From: a virus
Taxonomy: Duplodnaviria; Caudoviricetes
Direction: 5' to 3' (one strand)
IMG/VR virus record: IMGVR_UViG_3300027838_000037
Location: 1-25,013 of that record
DNA length: 25,013 nt
A program made the position numbers and the translations under genes. Each line of letters starts with the position of its first letter. Position 1 is the stretch's first letter. This document shows, in pieces, positions 1 through 6,869 of the stretch. The notes beneath the pieces were generated by a model that was not told the origin of the DNA, did no database searches, and saw nothing but the letters and a program-made list of their open reading frames with translations.

Positions 1-4
1 CCTA

Positions 5-36
5 TATTAGTCGTATTTTTCGTATTAGTCGTATTT
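5..36 (-). repeat. Direct repeat TATTAGTCGTATTT x2 (minus strand AAATACGACTAATA) in the leader of an off-window gene
   Basis: Identical 14-mers at 5-18 and 23-36. On the minus strand they are followed by TAGG at the window edge, possibly the start of a Shine-Dalgarno (SD) sequence. Confidence 0.75.
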
Positions 37-65
37 CAAAAACAAAACATTATACACACATCTAA

Positions 66-92
66 TGGAAAGGGGAGGGATTACCTCCCCTT
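66..92 (-). terminator. Rho-independent terminator-like hairpin
   Basis: Inverted repeat AAGGGGAGG (70-78) / CCTCCCCTT (84-92) with a 5-nt loop, just downstream of the 107..358 stop codon. The U tract is short. Confidence 0.7.
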
Positions 93-106
93 ATTCCAAA
101 AACCTA

Positions 107-358
107 TTAGCTTCGTGGACTGTTGTCCGTGAAGATCCAATAGATAATTCCAACGGTGATTAGACCCGCAAGTCCAGCACCCCCTAGTGAAACCACTAGG
201 TCTGTGATGTTACCGATAACATCAACAGGTAAGAACATAACATCAGGTCCAAAAAGTACCTGAAGCACGATACCAAGTGCTAACAACGCCCAGGCAACTT
301 CCACCACCTGTCCGATCCAACCCTTAATTCGTGTTACTATTCCGACGCCTTCCGCCAT
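107..358 (-). CDS. Small hydrophobic membrane protein (2 predicted TM segments), function unknown
   Basis: 83 aa with two hydrophobic Gly-rich stretches, strong SD AAGGAGG, own promoter and terminator. Confidence 0.8.
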   Translation of the reverse strand: MAEGVGIVTRIKGWIGQVVEVAWALLALGIVLQVLFGPDVMFLPVDVIGNITDLVVSLGGAGLAGLITVGIIYWIFTDNSPRS

Positions 359-395
359 TTTGTTTCCTCCTTTCTATGTTTAGAAACATATTTAC

Positions 396-424
396 ATTAT
401 ATATCATTATAAACCAATTGTCAA
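396..424 (-). promoter_or_regulatory. Consensus sigma70-type promoter
   Basis: TTGACA (424-419), 17-nt spacer, TATAAT (401-396). Confidence 0.85.
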
Positions 425-438
425 TGTAAAAACTCTGA

Positions 439-570
439 ATCAACTCGTTTACAAGTTAATACTCTACTTACACTTTATCACATTGGAAGGTGGGTCTGTA
501 GAACATTATCCAATACCCAGAAACTTGGGGCATGGCCGGGAATGTTTCTCTAAATGTATTCCCTTGTAGA
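439..570 (-). ncRNA. Candidate structured ncRNA downstream of a late-promoter motif
   Basis: Intergenic. Nested short stems GGGAAT/ATTCCC, CCCA/TGGG and ATTGGA/TCCAAT are closed by TCTAC/GTAGA, followed by a 9-bp hairpin (439-460). No family recognised. Confidence 0.3.
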
Positions 571-571
571 T

Positions 572-579
572 TATTTATG
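572..579 (-). promoter_or_regulatory. T4-like late promoter motif CATAAATA
   Basis: NATAAATA match in intergenic DNA just after the thyX stop. Confidence 0.5.
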
Positions 580-592
580 TCTTTCGGACACT

Positions 593-1240
593 CTAAACCT
601 CTACATCTCGTAATGCTGGCCAGGCAACAGGAAAGATATATCTCACCATTTCGTCTATTAACCAACAAACATCTTGTGTTTCTTTTTGTGCATCTGACTG
701 ACATCTCAGATTACACACTCTAGCAAATGCATATAAAGAACCACTCCAATACCATTCTGTATATACGTTCTGAGGTAGTATCATACGGGCTTGTTCCGGG
801 CACACACCTGCGTTTATCATATCTTTATATGCTTGTATAGCTAATTCCGTAACCGTCTTAGCACGACTTCCAACACGTTCTGTTCTATCTAACCACTCAA
901 TACGTTCAGCTGATGAACCTTGTTTCTTATCATCAGCACGTTTACGCCAAGTATCGGGATTGAAATACTCTGGTTCATAATCAACATAGCGTCTTGATAC
1001 TTCATTCCATACTAACCCCACTTGATGTTTTACTAATTGTCGTGCAATGAAAATAGGTGCCTCTATATGAAATGTTAAAGTAGCATGACCAAATGGAGTC
1101 CAGTGACCATGTTTGGCCAAATACTTTATTAGTTTCTTATCACCATCTGTTAATTTTGTATGGGTCTTACCAAAAGATACTCTTGCCGCATTAACAACTG
1201 ACAAGTCTGAACCCATACTATCTATTATTTTTACCTTCAC
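593..1240 (-). CDS. thyX: FAD-dependent thymidylate synthase ThyX
   Basis: Motifs VVNAARVSF, HWTPFGH, ARQLVKHQ..WNEVSRRYV, EQARMILP, R...AQKE. Confidence 0.96.
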   Translation of the reverse strand: MKVKIIDSMGSDLSVVNAARVSFGKTHTKLTDGDKKLIKYLAKHGHWTPFGHATLTFHIEAPIFIARQLVKHQVGLVWNEVSRRYVDYEPEYFNPDTWRKRADDKKQGSSAERIEWLDRTERVGSRAKTVTELAIQAYKDMINAGVCPEQARMILPQNVYTEWYWSGSLYAFARVCNLRCQSDAQKETQDVCWLIDEMVRYIFPVAWPALRDVEV

Positions 1241-1509
1241 TCCCTATTCCAACTGCACAATATTTTATCTTCCTTATAGATATCACCATTCTGAGAATTT
1301 AAAGATTCTTCGGACAAAGGAGTATCTTTTCTTATATGATGATGAACATGAGCTTCGTCTACTACATTTTTTGATGCTATCGCTTCAGCTTGAATTAAAA
1401 CTTCTTTTAATATATCTAACATTACTCCAAAATTATGTATATGATCTTCCTCATAAAATGAAGGATGATCTAAATTTACTTTAAAATTTAACCAACCCAA
1501 ATCTGTCAT
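1237..1509 (-). CDS. Hypothetical protein
   Basis: 90-aa ORF that fills the gap and has a 4-nt ATGA overlap with thyX. No motif recognised. Confidence 0.6.
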   Translation of the reverse strand: MTDLGWLNFKVNLDHPSFYEEDHIHNFGVMLDILKEVLIQAEAIASKNVVDEAHVHHHIRKDTPLSEESLNSQNGDIYKEDKILCSWNRE

Positions 1510-2122
1510 ATCTTATATTACCTGAAATACTAATTCTAGTCTCCTGTGTTAAATTTGGTTCAACATAATGTTCCAAGTACGATGGAAATATAACAAGTCT
1601 TCCGTTTAAAGGGTTTACCGTGTATATACCATGTTGCGAATTATTACTGTGGTCTATTAATATATTGTCCTGTACTTTCATATGTCTACGAACTCTGGGA
1701 TCACAAAAAACTATATCCCCACTATCTTCTGTAACTTTAACATAATAAGTAAAACTCCAATCTGAATTCGGATGTAAATGTGCCTTATTAAAATCTCGAT
1801 GTTTATTTATATTGGCCCACATATCAACAATAATAAATTTTAATCCATCAATATAATTATTGTGTTTATAAATTGGGTTAAAACTTTGTGTGACATATGT
1901 TACAAGGTCTGTAAACTGGTCATCTTCAGCCAAATCATCGTTACTTTGCCAACCCCCTACATTTGAAAGTTCTCTAGAAGATTCATTAAGACTTCTATGG
2001 GTAATAATTTCAGCTAAAGACTCATTATTTACTATACACTGATGGTCATAATTTACCCAAAGCTCTGTAGGAAATAATGTTTCAAGGACCATTAAGTCTT
2101 TGTCCTGTATTAATTCTCTCAT
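1481..2122 (-). CDS. Putative 2OG-Fe(II) oxygenase (TIGR02466-like)
   Basis: LFPT N-terminus, SNVGGWQS, WANIN, HLHPNS, YYV, DPR, IFPSYLEHYV, RISISGN. Confidence 0.88.
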   Translation of the reverse strand: MRELIQDKDLMVLETLFPTELWVNYDHQCIVNNESLAEIITHRSLNESSRELSNVGGWQSNDDLAEDDQFTDLVTYVTQSFNPIYKHNNYIDGLKFIIVDMWANINKHRDFNKAHLHPNSDWSFTYYVKVTEDSGDIVFCDPRVRRHMKVQDNILIDHSNNSQHGIYTVNPLNGRLVIFPSYLEHYVEPNLTQETRISISGNIRYDRFGLVKF

Positions 2123-2134
2123 AATATAATTCCT

Positions 2135-2211
2135 TGGAGCCCCTTATCTGAATCGAACAGATGACCTGCTCATTACAAGTGAGCTGCTCTACCAATCTGA
2201 GCTAAAGGGGC
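2135..2211 (-). tRNA. tRNA-Thr(TGT)
   Basis: Minus strand GCCCCTTTAGCTCAGATTGGTAGAGCAGCTCACTTGTAATGAGCAGGTCATCTGTTCGATTCAGATAAGGGGCTCCA forms a full cloverleaf with anticodon TGT, TTCGA T-loop and encoded CCA. Confidence 0.96.
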
Positions 2212-2369
2212 TTATTTTTTTCCACCTCAAACTCTATCACATCAAAATATCGTAGTTGTTCTTTTTCCCATTCTGATCTTGCTGGTAATTTTCCCGAAAA
2301 TGTTCTAACTGGGAGCTCTCTATTAATATATTTGTTAAGGTTGGTTAAAGCTTTATGATCGTAACTCAT
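2202..2369 (-). CDS. Small hypothetical protein, 55 aa (not in the ORF track)
   Basis: Hand-translated MSYDHKALTNLNKYINRELPVRTFSGKLPARSEWEKEQLRYFDVIEFEVEKNKPL*. ATGA overlap with the upstream gene; the stop lies 10 nt inside the tRNA. Confidence 0.6.
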   Translation of the reverse strand: MSYDHKALTNLNKYINRELPVRTFSGKLPARSEWEKEQLRYFDVIEFEVEKNKPL

Positions 2370-2611
2370 TTCATCACCTTATAATACGGACCTTCCCAAC
2401 CAAACTCTTTATTATCTGGCTCTCTATACCAAGTCCAATCACCTGTTTCTTTACTCTCTGCAAGAAATCCTTGCTTACTATCATGTTGAATTACTTTAAT
2501 AGAAACCTTATCTCCATTATCAACATCATATAAAATAAGTTCTTTACCTTTACGATATATAATACCAGATTTGCCTAAATTTTTAATAAGGTTATCTAAC
2601 TTATTTACCAA
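2366..2611 (-). CDS. Hypothetical protein
   Basis: 81-aa ORF that overlaps both neighbours in operon fashion. Confidence 0.7.
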   Translation of the reverse strand: MVNKLDNLIKNLGKSGIIYRKGKELILYDVDNGDKVSIKVIQHDSKQGFLAESKETGDWTWYREPDNKEFGWEGPYYKVMK

Positions 2612-2801
2612 TATCTGTTCCTATTTGATCTCGCAATTCCTTAATTCTATCTTCTAATACACCAACTGTGGTATGCAAATGTCCACAATCATGTGGTTCA
2701 ATTCTAGAAGATAGAAAATCTATTTCCTTTAATAAGGAAAACATATGATCCACTAATTCTTTTCGATTCAAATTCATCATAGAATTCTTTCCTAAATACA
2801 T
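2601..2801 (-). CDS. Hypothetical protein (helical hairpin-like)
   Basis: 66-aa ORF in a tight operon; contains HDCGHLHT. Start uncertain. Confidence 0.7.
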   Translation of the reverse strand: MYLGKNSMMNLNRKELVDHMFSLLKEIDFLSSRIEPHDCGHLHTTVGVLEDRIKELRDQIGTDIGK

Positions 2802-2814
2802 TTATAATGTTTCC

Positions 2815-3042
2815 TTACCGACGCAACTCATTATAATTCTTATCCCGATATTTCTTTGCATTATATCGTGATACCATTTCATCACTCATCTCTTGCATTC
2901 TTGGGACACAAGTATCATTAACCCATTTCTGTAATTCTGCATTATCATATTCCAATTTACGGATCTTATCTTCTGCTTGTTCTAATTTATAAGATAGATG
3001 TGCAATCTTACGTTTCGCTTCTTCTACATAAGTATCAGCCAT
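2815..3042 (-). CDS. Hypothetical coiled-coil protein
   Basis: 75 aa with a heptad pattern and SD GAGG; overlaps the gp59 stop. Confidence 0.75.
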   Translation of the reverse strand: MADTYVEEAKRKIAHLSYKLEQAEDKIRKLEYDNAELQKWVNDTCVPRMQEMSDEMVSRYNAKKYRDKNYNELRR

Positions 3043-3625
3043 TACTGTGTTCCTCTAACAAAGATAATGTTATTCTTTTGAATAACGATTTATCAATTTT
3101 TACAAACGGTTTATAATTTTGAATTAATCGACTAACTTCTGGCCAAATAATTCGTTCTGCTATTCCCTCATCATACGTCTTACGATATTGCACTAGGTAT
3201 TCAAATATTACTAATGTTTCTAAACTAATTTTCTTTCCAAGAAACGCTTTTAAAATTTTAGGATGATTCCCTCGTACACTATTAAATAGTATATCAAAAT
3301 TTGAAGCATTTGTCAATAACTTTTCTACATCATTTTTAAAAATATATTCTAAACTCTCAACTCTAGCTTTCCATTTAATATAAGTATCTTCATTCATATT
3401 ACCTAACCATTTATTTCCTTCTATAAAATTAGCTATATAATAATTAAGTATCGTAGTATCATTATACTTTTTAGTTAATTTTTTAAACTGATACCTATCT
3501 TTTCTCTTATCAAAACTTTTTAATGAAGCACTAACCTTACCATTATATTTAAAATAATCGTAATTGTCAGTTGTAAAATGTAATTTAAGTGCCAAATATA
3601 ACTGATATGCTTCGATCTCATTCAT
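3035..3625 (-). CDS. gp59: T4-like helicase loader gp59
   Basis: N-terminus AYQLYLALKLHF..YDYFKYNGK, F.KRKDRYQFKKL, HP.IL...LG..ISLET, YKPF; close to gp33 as in T4-like phages. Confidence 0.9.
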   Translation of the reverse strand: MNEIEAYQLYLALKLHFTTDNYDYFKYNGKVSASLKSFDKRKDRYQFKKLTKKYNDTTILNYYIANFIEGNKWLGNMNEDTYIKWKARVESLEYIFKNDVEKLLTNASNFDILFNSVRGNHPKILKAFLGKKISLETLVIFEYLVQYRKTYDEGIAERIIWPEVSRLIQNYKPFVKIDKSLFKRITLSLLEEHSNG

Positions 3626-3854
3626 CTGATTTTTCTAACTCAGCAGCTATTAAAGCCTTGATAAATTGCTGGGGGGTTATTTCACTTTGGACTGCGGCAA
3701 TAATAAATTCTGCCATATGTATTTCTTTTTCTATCCAAAACTTCTTTCTTATTAAATCTTCTAATTGAGCTTCATAACCTTCTAATTCTTTTTGTTTACG
3801 GACTTTGTTTTCAATGATATCCGTAATCGAAATAATATTAGTCTGGTCTGTCAT
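3618..3854 (-). CDS. Hypothetical coiled-coil protein
   Basis: 78 aa between gp33 and gp59, overlapping both. Confidence 0.75.
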   Translation of the reverse strand: MTDQTNIISITDIIENKVRKQKELEGYEAQLEDLIRKKFWIEKEIHMAEFIIAAVQSEITPQQFIKALIAAELEKSDE

Positions 3855-4078
3855 AGCCCAGAAATAGAACTAGTCTTTGGCAAATAATTTAAAGCTTCTG
3901 CATTAGACTGAATCTTTTCTTTTAAAGATTTGTCAATATATCTAGTAACCTGATCAGGCTCTAGTAGGTGTGTTTCGCAATAATGTAGAACAGCATCCAT
4001 ATAACTGATACGCTTAGACTTAACCAAGTCCTCTATAATTACTGTAAATTTTTTAGTAGATAAACCAATACTCATCAT
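3851..4078 (-). CDS. gp33: T4-like late promoter transcription coactivator gp33
   Basis: F...IE.LV....ISYMDAVLHYCE...I.KSLKEKI...A..LNYL pattern and synteny with gp59. Confidence 0.88.
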   Translation of the reverse strand: MMSIGLSTKKFTVIIEDLVKSKRISYMDAVLHYCETHLLEPDQVTRYIDKSLKEKIQSNAEALNYLPKTSSISGL

Positions 4079-4173
4079 ATAAACTCCAAAAAAGTGAACC
4101 GCTTATCCTTTGCCTTCACGGTTCGGGGAGAGGGCGATATGCTAAAAGGACCCAACCTCAAACTAGTTTTAGT

Positions 4174-4619
4174 GGGGTGGCTTTGATAACAAGGCGCCAC
4201 CCCGAACCCCGGAGAAGATTACGCAGCTAAGCGATACTCCTCGAAATAAAAGTCATCATTGGCTTCTATGTTTTAGTGTCAGATTCCTCAGATAACTTTT
4301 CGTCCGTCCGTCGATCCTGATTCACCCCCCTTAATTCAGTGTTTCTTTCATCAGGTACTTTACCAATACCTACAACTCTATCCCATTCTCGTTGAGTATA
4401 ATACCAGTCAGGTCGTTTATCTTTAACTCCATGAACAGTTTGTCCTATGAGTTTTGATTCTGACTTTTCATTTTCTGCCAATTTATCTTTCCAGTAAAGA
4501 TTCATTAATTTTGAAAAATCTCTTATACCATTATACTCTTGTCGTGAATTGGTGGAGGTGGCCGGTACTGCCCCGGCGTCCGATCCGTCTACTTGTTTAT
4601 CGTCATCAGTATCTTTCAC
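4174..4619 (-). ncRNA. ssrA: Circularly permuted two-piece tmRNA (alphaproteobacterial type): acceptor piece ~4619-4550, intervening segment 4549-4330, coding piece 4329-~4174
   Basis: The acceptor piece ends GAC-GCCGG-GGCAGTA-CCGGC-CACCTCC-ACCA. The downstream coding piece begins GGGGGTGAATCAGGATCGAC and pairs 7/7 with CACCTCC, including G3:U70. The tag frame 4263-4219 reads ANDDFYFEEYRLAA*. A 3' motif CGGGGTTCGGGGTGGC...GCCACCCC follows. Outer ends are approximate. Confidence 0.93.
4266..4505 (-). CDS. Possible small protein starting in the tmRNA intervening segment (79 aa from ATG 4505)
   Basis: Open frame MNLYWKDK...DWYYTQREWDRVVGIGKVPDER..., protein-like in composition. It runs into the tmRNA coding piece and has no clear SD. 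Confidence 0.4.
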   Translation of the reverse strand: MNLYWKDKLAENEKSESKLIGQTVHGVKDKRPDWYYTQREWDRVVGIGKVPDERNTELRGVNQDRRTDEKLSEESDTKT

Positions 4620-4623
4620 ACAT

Positions 4624-6267
4624 CTATTTATGTATGTTCTCGCTCAAATACTCATACATCGTTGGTGCATTGTGTGCTATCTCTTGTACATCTGCTGTTC
4701 TATTTTTCCAATACAACCAAGTTGATTTCATTTTATGGTCGACCCAGTCTTTATCAAAGTGTGGTTGAATCATTCTTGTTTTCTTAACTGAATAATCATT
4801 GGTAATAAACCAACCACTGCCTATAGCTATACACAGATATGCATTTGACAAATATCTTAGGCCTTCAGCTTTTAATCTACACATAGCTAATTCTATACCT
4901 ACATCATAAGTATTATTCATTCCGAAAGACCCTGTAGCTACTAATCCAGAAGGCCAGAACTCTGGTTGTTTTGTATCTATACCCCACCAATGTTCACCCA
5001 TTTCTTTTTCTTGTGACCAATAATTCCAGTATGGAGTATCATCTCGTTCTGAAAGATAAAAATGCATCATTACAAAATACTTCCAAGCATCTGTCAACTC
5101 TCGTTGAACTAAACACCAAGCATCTCTATCATATTGTGTTACTTTACCATCTCTCATTGTAAGAGTTTTAATCAATAAATCTATAGGCTCTGTAACTAAT
5201 ACTAATCCAGATGATTCTAATGGTTCAATAAATCCATTTGATAAACCTATAGCACAAACATTCTTAACCCAACCTCTTTTGTGTCTACCAGTTTTAATCT
5301 TTATGTTTTTATAATCTAATTCGTCACCATGACCAATGTGTCGTTGAAATTCTGCTAATGCAGTATCATCATCTACAAAAGAATCACAATACACATAACC
5401 AGTACCAATACTATTCCAAAGAGGAATATTCCACACCCATCCATTTTCTATACCGGTGTTATTGGTCCATACTTCCATTTCTTTTTCTTTATCTTTATAT
5501 GGTTTGTGTACTGCCCAAGCCTTATTATTAGGAAGATCCTCTGACCAATCATAAAACTTTTCTTTCATTGCACCTTCTAATAGTAAACTCTTAAATCCAG
5601 TACAATCAATATATAAATCTGCTGTTAATTCACCATGGTCTGTTGTGGTTACTCCACTAACATACCCCTTTTCATCTAGGCTTACATCAACAACATCATC
5701 TTTAATATGTGTTACTTCTTCACATAAAGTATCCCTTAGATAAATACCTAATTTAGTAGCATCTACTTGATAAGCTAAATCTTGTAAACCTGAATATGGT
5801 TTTAATACATCAATACCTTCATAGTTATGATGTATCTTATTACCATATATTAAAGGCATTTGTGGATAAAAACTATTAACAAAATCACTGTTAGGTAACT
5901 CTGGATCAATCCACTTCTTCAGCATCCAACTATCTCGTCCAGTAACATCTAAATTATCTGTATCCATTCTGCCAAAAGGATAATGGTACGGCTCTCCACC
6001 TAACTTATGAAAATCTGTAAACTTAATTGATGCCTTATATGTTGCATCACACGCTGACATCCACTCTTCATCACCACTAATGTTCAGACCTAACTGGTGT
6101 AAAAATACATTAATATGACCGATGGTAGATTCCCCAACACCTACTGTTGAGATGTTGGAAGATTCTACCAAGGTAACTTTAATATGAGGTGTATGAACAC
6201 GCAAGGCGGCTGCTGTAAACCAACCAGCAGTACCGCCACCAACAATTAAAATATTATCTACTTTCAT
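4624..6267 (-). CDS. Flavin-dependent (tryptophan-type, PrnA-like) halogenase
   Basis: GGGTAGW FAD motif, GVGEST, ATYK catalytic-Lys region, IDCTGF, WxWxIP (WVWNIP), FIEPLESSG. Confidence 0.92.
   Translation of the reverse strand: MKVDNILIVGGGTAGWFTAAALRVHTPHIKVTLVESSNISTVGVGESTIGHINVFLHQLGLNISGDEEWMSACDATYKASIKFTDFHKLGGEPYHYPFGRMDTDNLDVTGRDSWMLKKWIDPELPNSDFVNSFYPQMPLIYGNKIHHNYEGIDVLKPYSGLQDLAYQVDATKLGIYLRDTLCEEVTHIKDDVVDVSLDEKGYVSGVTTTDHGELTADLYIDCTGFKSLLLEGAMKEKFYDWSEDLPNNKAWAVHKPYKDKEKEMEVWTNNTGIENGWVWNIPLWNSIGTGYVYCDSFVDDDTALAEFQRHIGHGDELDYKNIKIKTGRHKRGWVKNVCAIGLSNGFIEPLESSGLVLVTEPIDLLIKTLTMRDGKVTQYDRDAWCLVQRELTDAWKYFVMMHFYLSERDDTPYWNYWSQEKEMGEHWWGIDTKQPEFWPSGLVATGSFGMNNTYDVGIELAMCRLKAEGLRYLSNAYLCIAIGSGWFITNDYSVKKTRMIQPHFDKDWVDHKMKSTWLYWKNRTADVQEIAHNAPTMYEYLSENIHK
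4625..4632 (-). promoter_or_regulatory. T4-like late promoter motif CATAAATA directly upstream of the tmRNA
   Basis: NATAAATA overlapping the halogenase stop codon, a few nt before the predicted acceptor piece. Confidence 0.6.
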
Positions 6268-6857
6268 CCGCCGGCAACTACATTATCAAAAGATATTACA
6301 ATAGATACTCCAGCTGAGATATCTCCACGCTCAAAGTCATCATCAAATGGAACTGTAAGATTGGGTCGAACAGAAAATGTATCCGTTACTGCCCAAGTAT
6401 AACCAGCAGTCACGTCCATACCTTCATAAGAAGTGTCATCAACATCCCAATTGGATGTAACACTTCCATCTAGACCAAAAACACTATAACCAGTTCCTAA
6501 TTCTGCTGTAACATCAGTATCGCTGATATTCCATGCAAATGAAGCATCAACACTAGCGCCCCAAAAGTTCACTCCAGTATCAAGACCTAGAACATGATCA
6601 TCATCTGTAGTATAATCATACGATGTTCCACCACTAAGACCGAATAGCAACTCTGTATCATATGCAATACCAAAGGTCACAGTATCACTATTAGTAAATG
6701 ATAGTCCACCAACACCAACAGTAACCTCATTACCATCCTGATCTACCTTGAGGGAGGCGTCATTACCCGTCACCGTTACATCATTCAGCACGTCAACATC
6801 AAGTGCATATGCACTCATGGGTGCCATAATCATAAGGGCCATTAAAAACTTCTTCAT
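6264..6857 (-). CDS. Exported protein, probable outer-membrane beta-barrel/porin-like
   Basis: Signal peptide MKKFLMALMIMAPMSAYA, many amphipathic strands ending in Y/W/F with D/G-rich turns, SD AAGGAG. Confidence 0.65.
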   Translation of the reverse strand: MKKFLMALMIMAPMSAYALDVDVLNDVTVTGNDASLKVDQDGNEVTVGVGGLSFTNSDTVTFGIAYDTELLFGLSGGTSYDYTTDDDHVLGLDTGVNFWGASVDASFAWNISDTDVTAELGTGYSVFGLDGSVTSNWDVDDTSYEGMDVTAGYTWAVTDTFSVRPNLTVPFDDDFERGDISAGVSIVISFDNVVAGG

Positions 6858-6869
6858 TTATTTTCTCCT

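Noticed and set aside
5-36. CRISPR-like array
   Set aside because: Only two 14-nt copies separated by 4 nt. The PD-(D/E)XK nuclease is the usual phoH-linked exonuclease, with no cas context.
468-704. 78-aa minus-strand ORF overlapping the thyX 3' end
   Set aside because: It overlaps thyX out of frame by more than 100 nt and has no motif. The non-overlapping part looks more like structured RNA.
1804-1811. TATAAATA inside the oxygenase gene
   Set aside because: Mid-gene, far from any start, and explained by N-I-N-K codons in AT-rich DNA.
4550-4580. Isolated tRNA 3' fragment or attP site
   Set aside because: The T-loop is GGCAGTA rather than TTCRA, the stem pairs with the downstream tmRNA 5' end, and no integrase is in the window.
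4266-4619. 117-aa ORF as an ordinary hypothetical gene
   Set aside because: Both ends are tmRNA structural sequence. Only the spacer portion is plausibly protein-coding, and it is reported separately.
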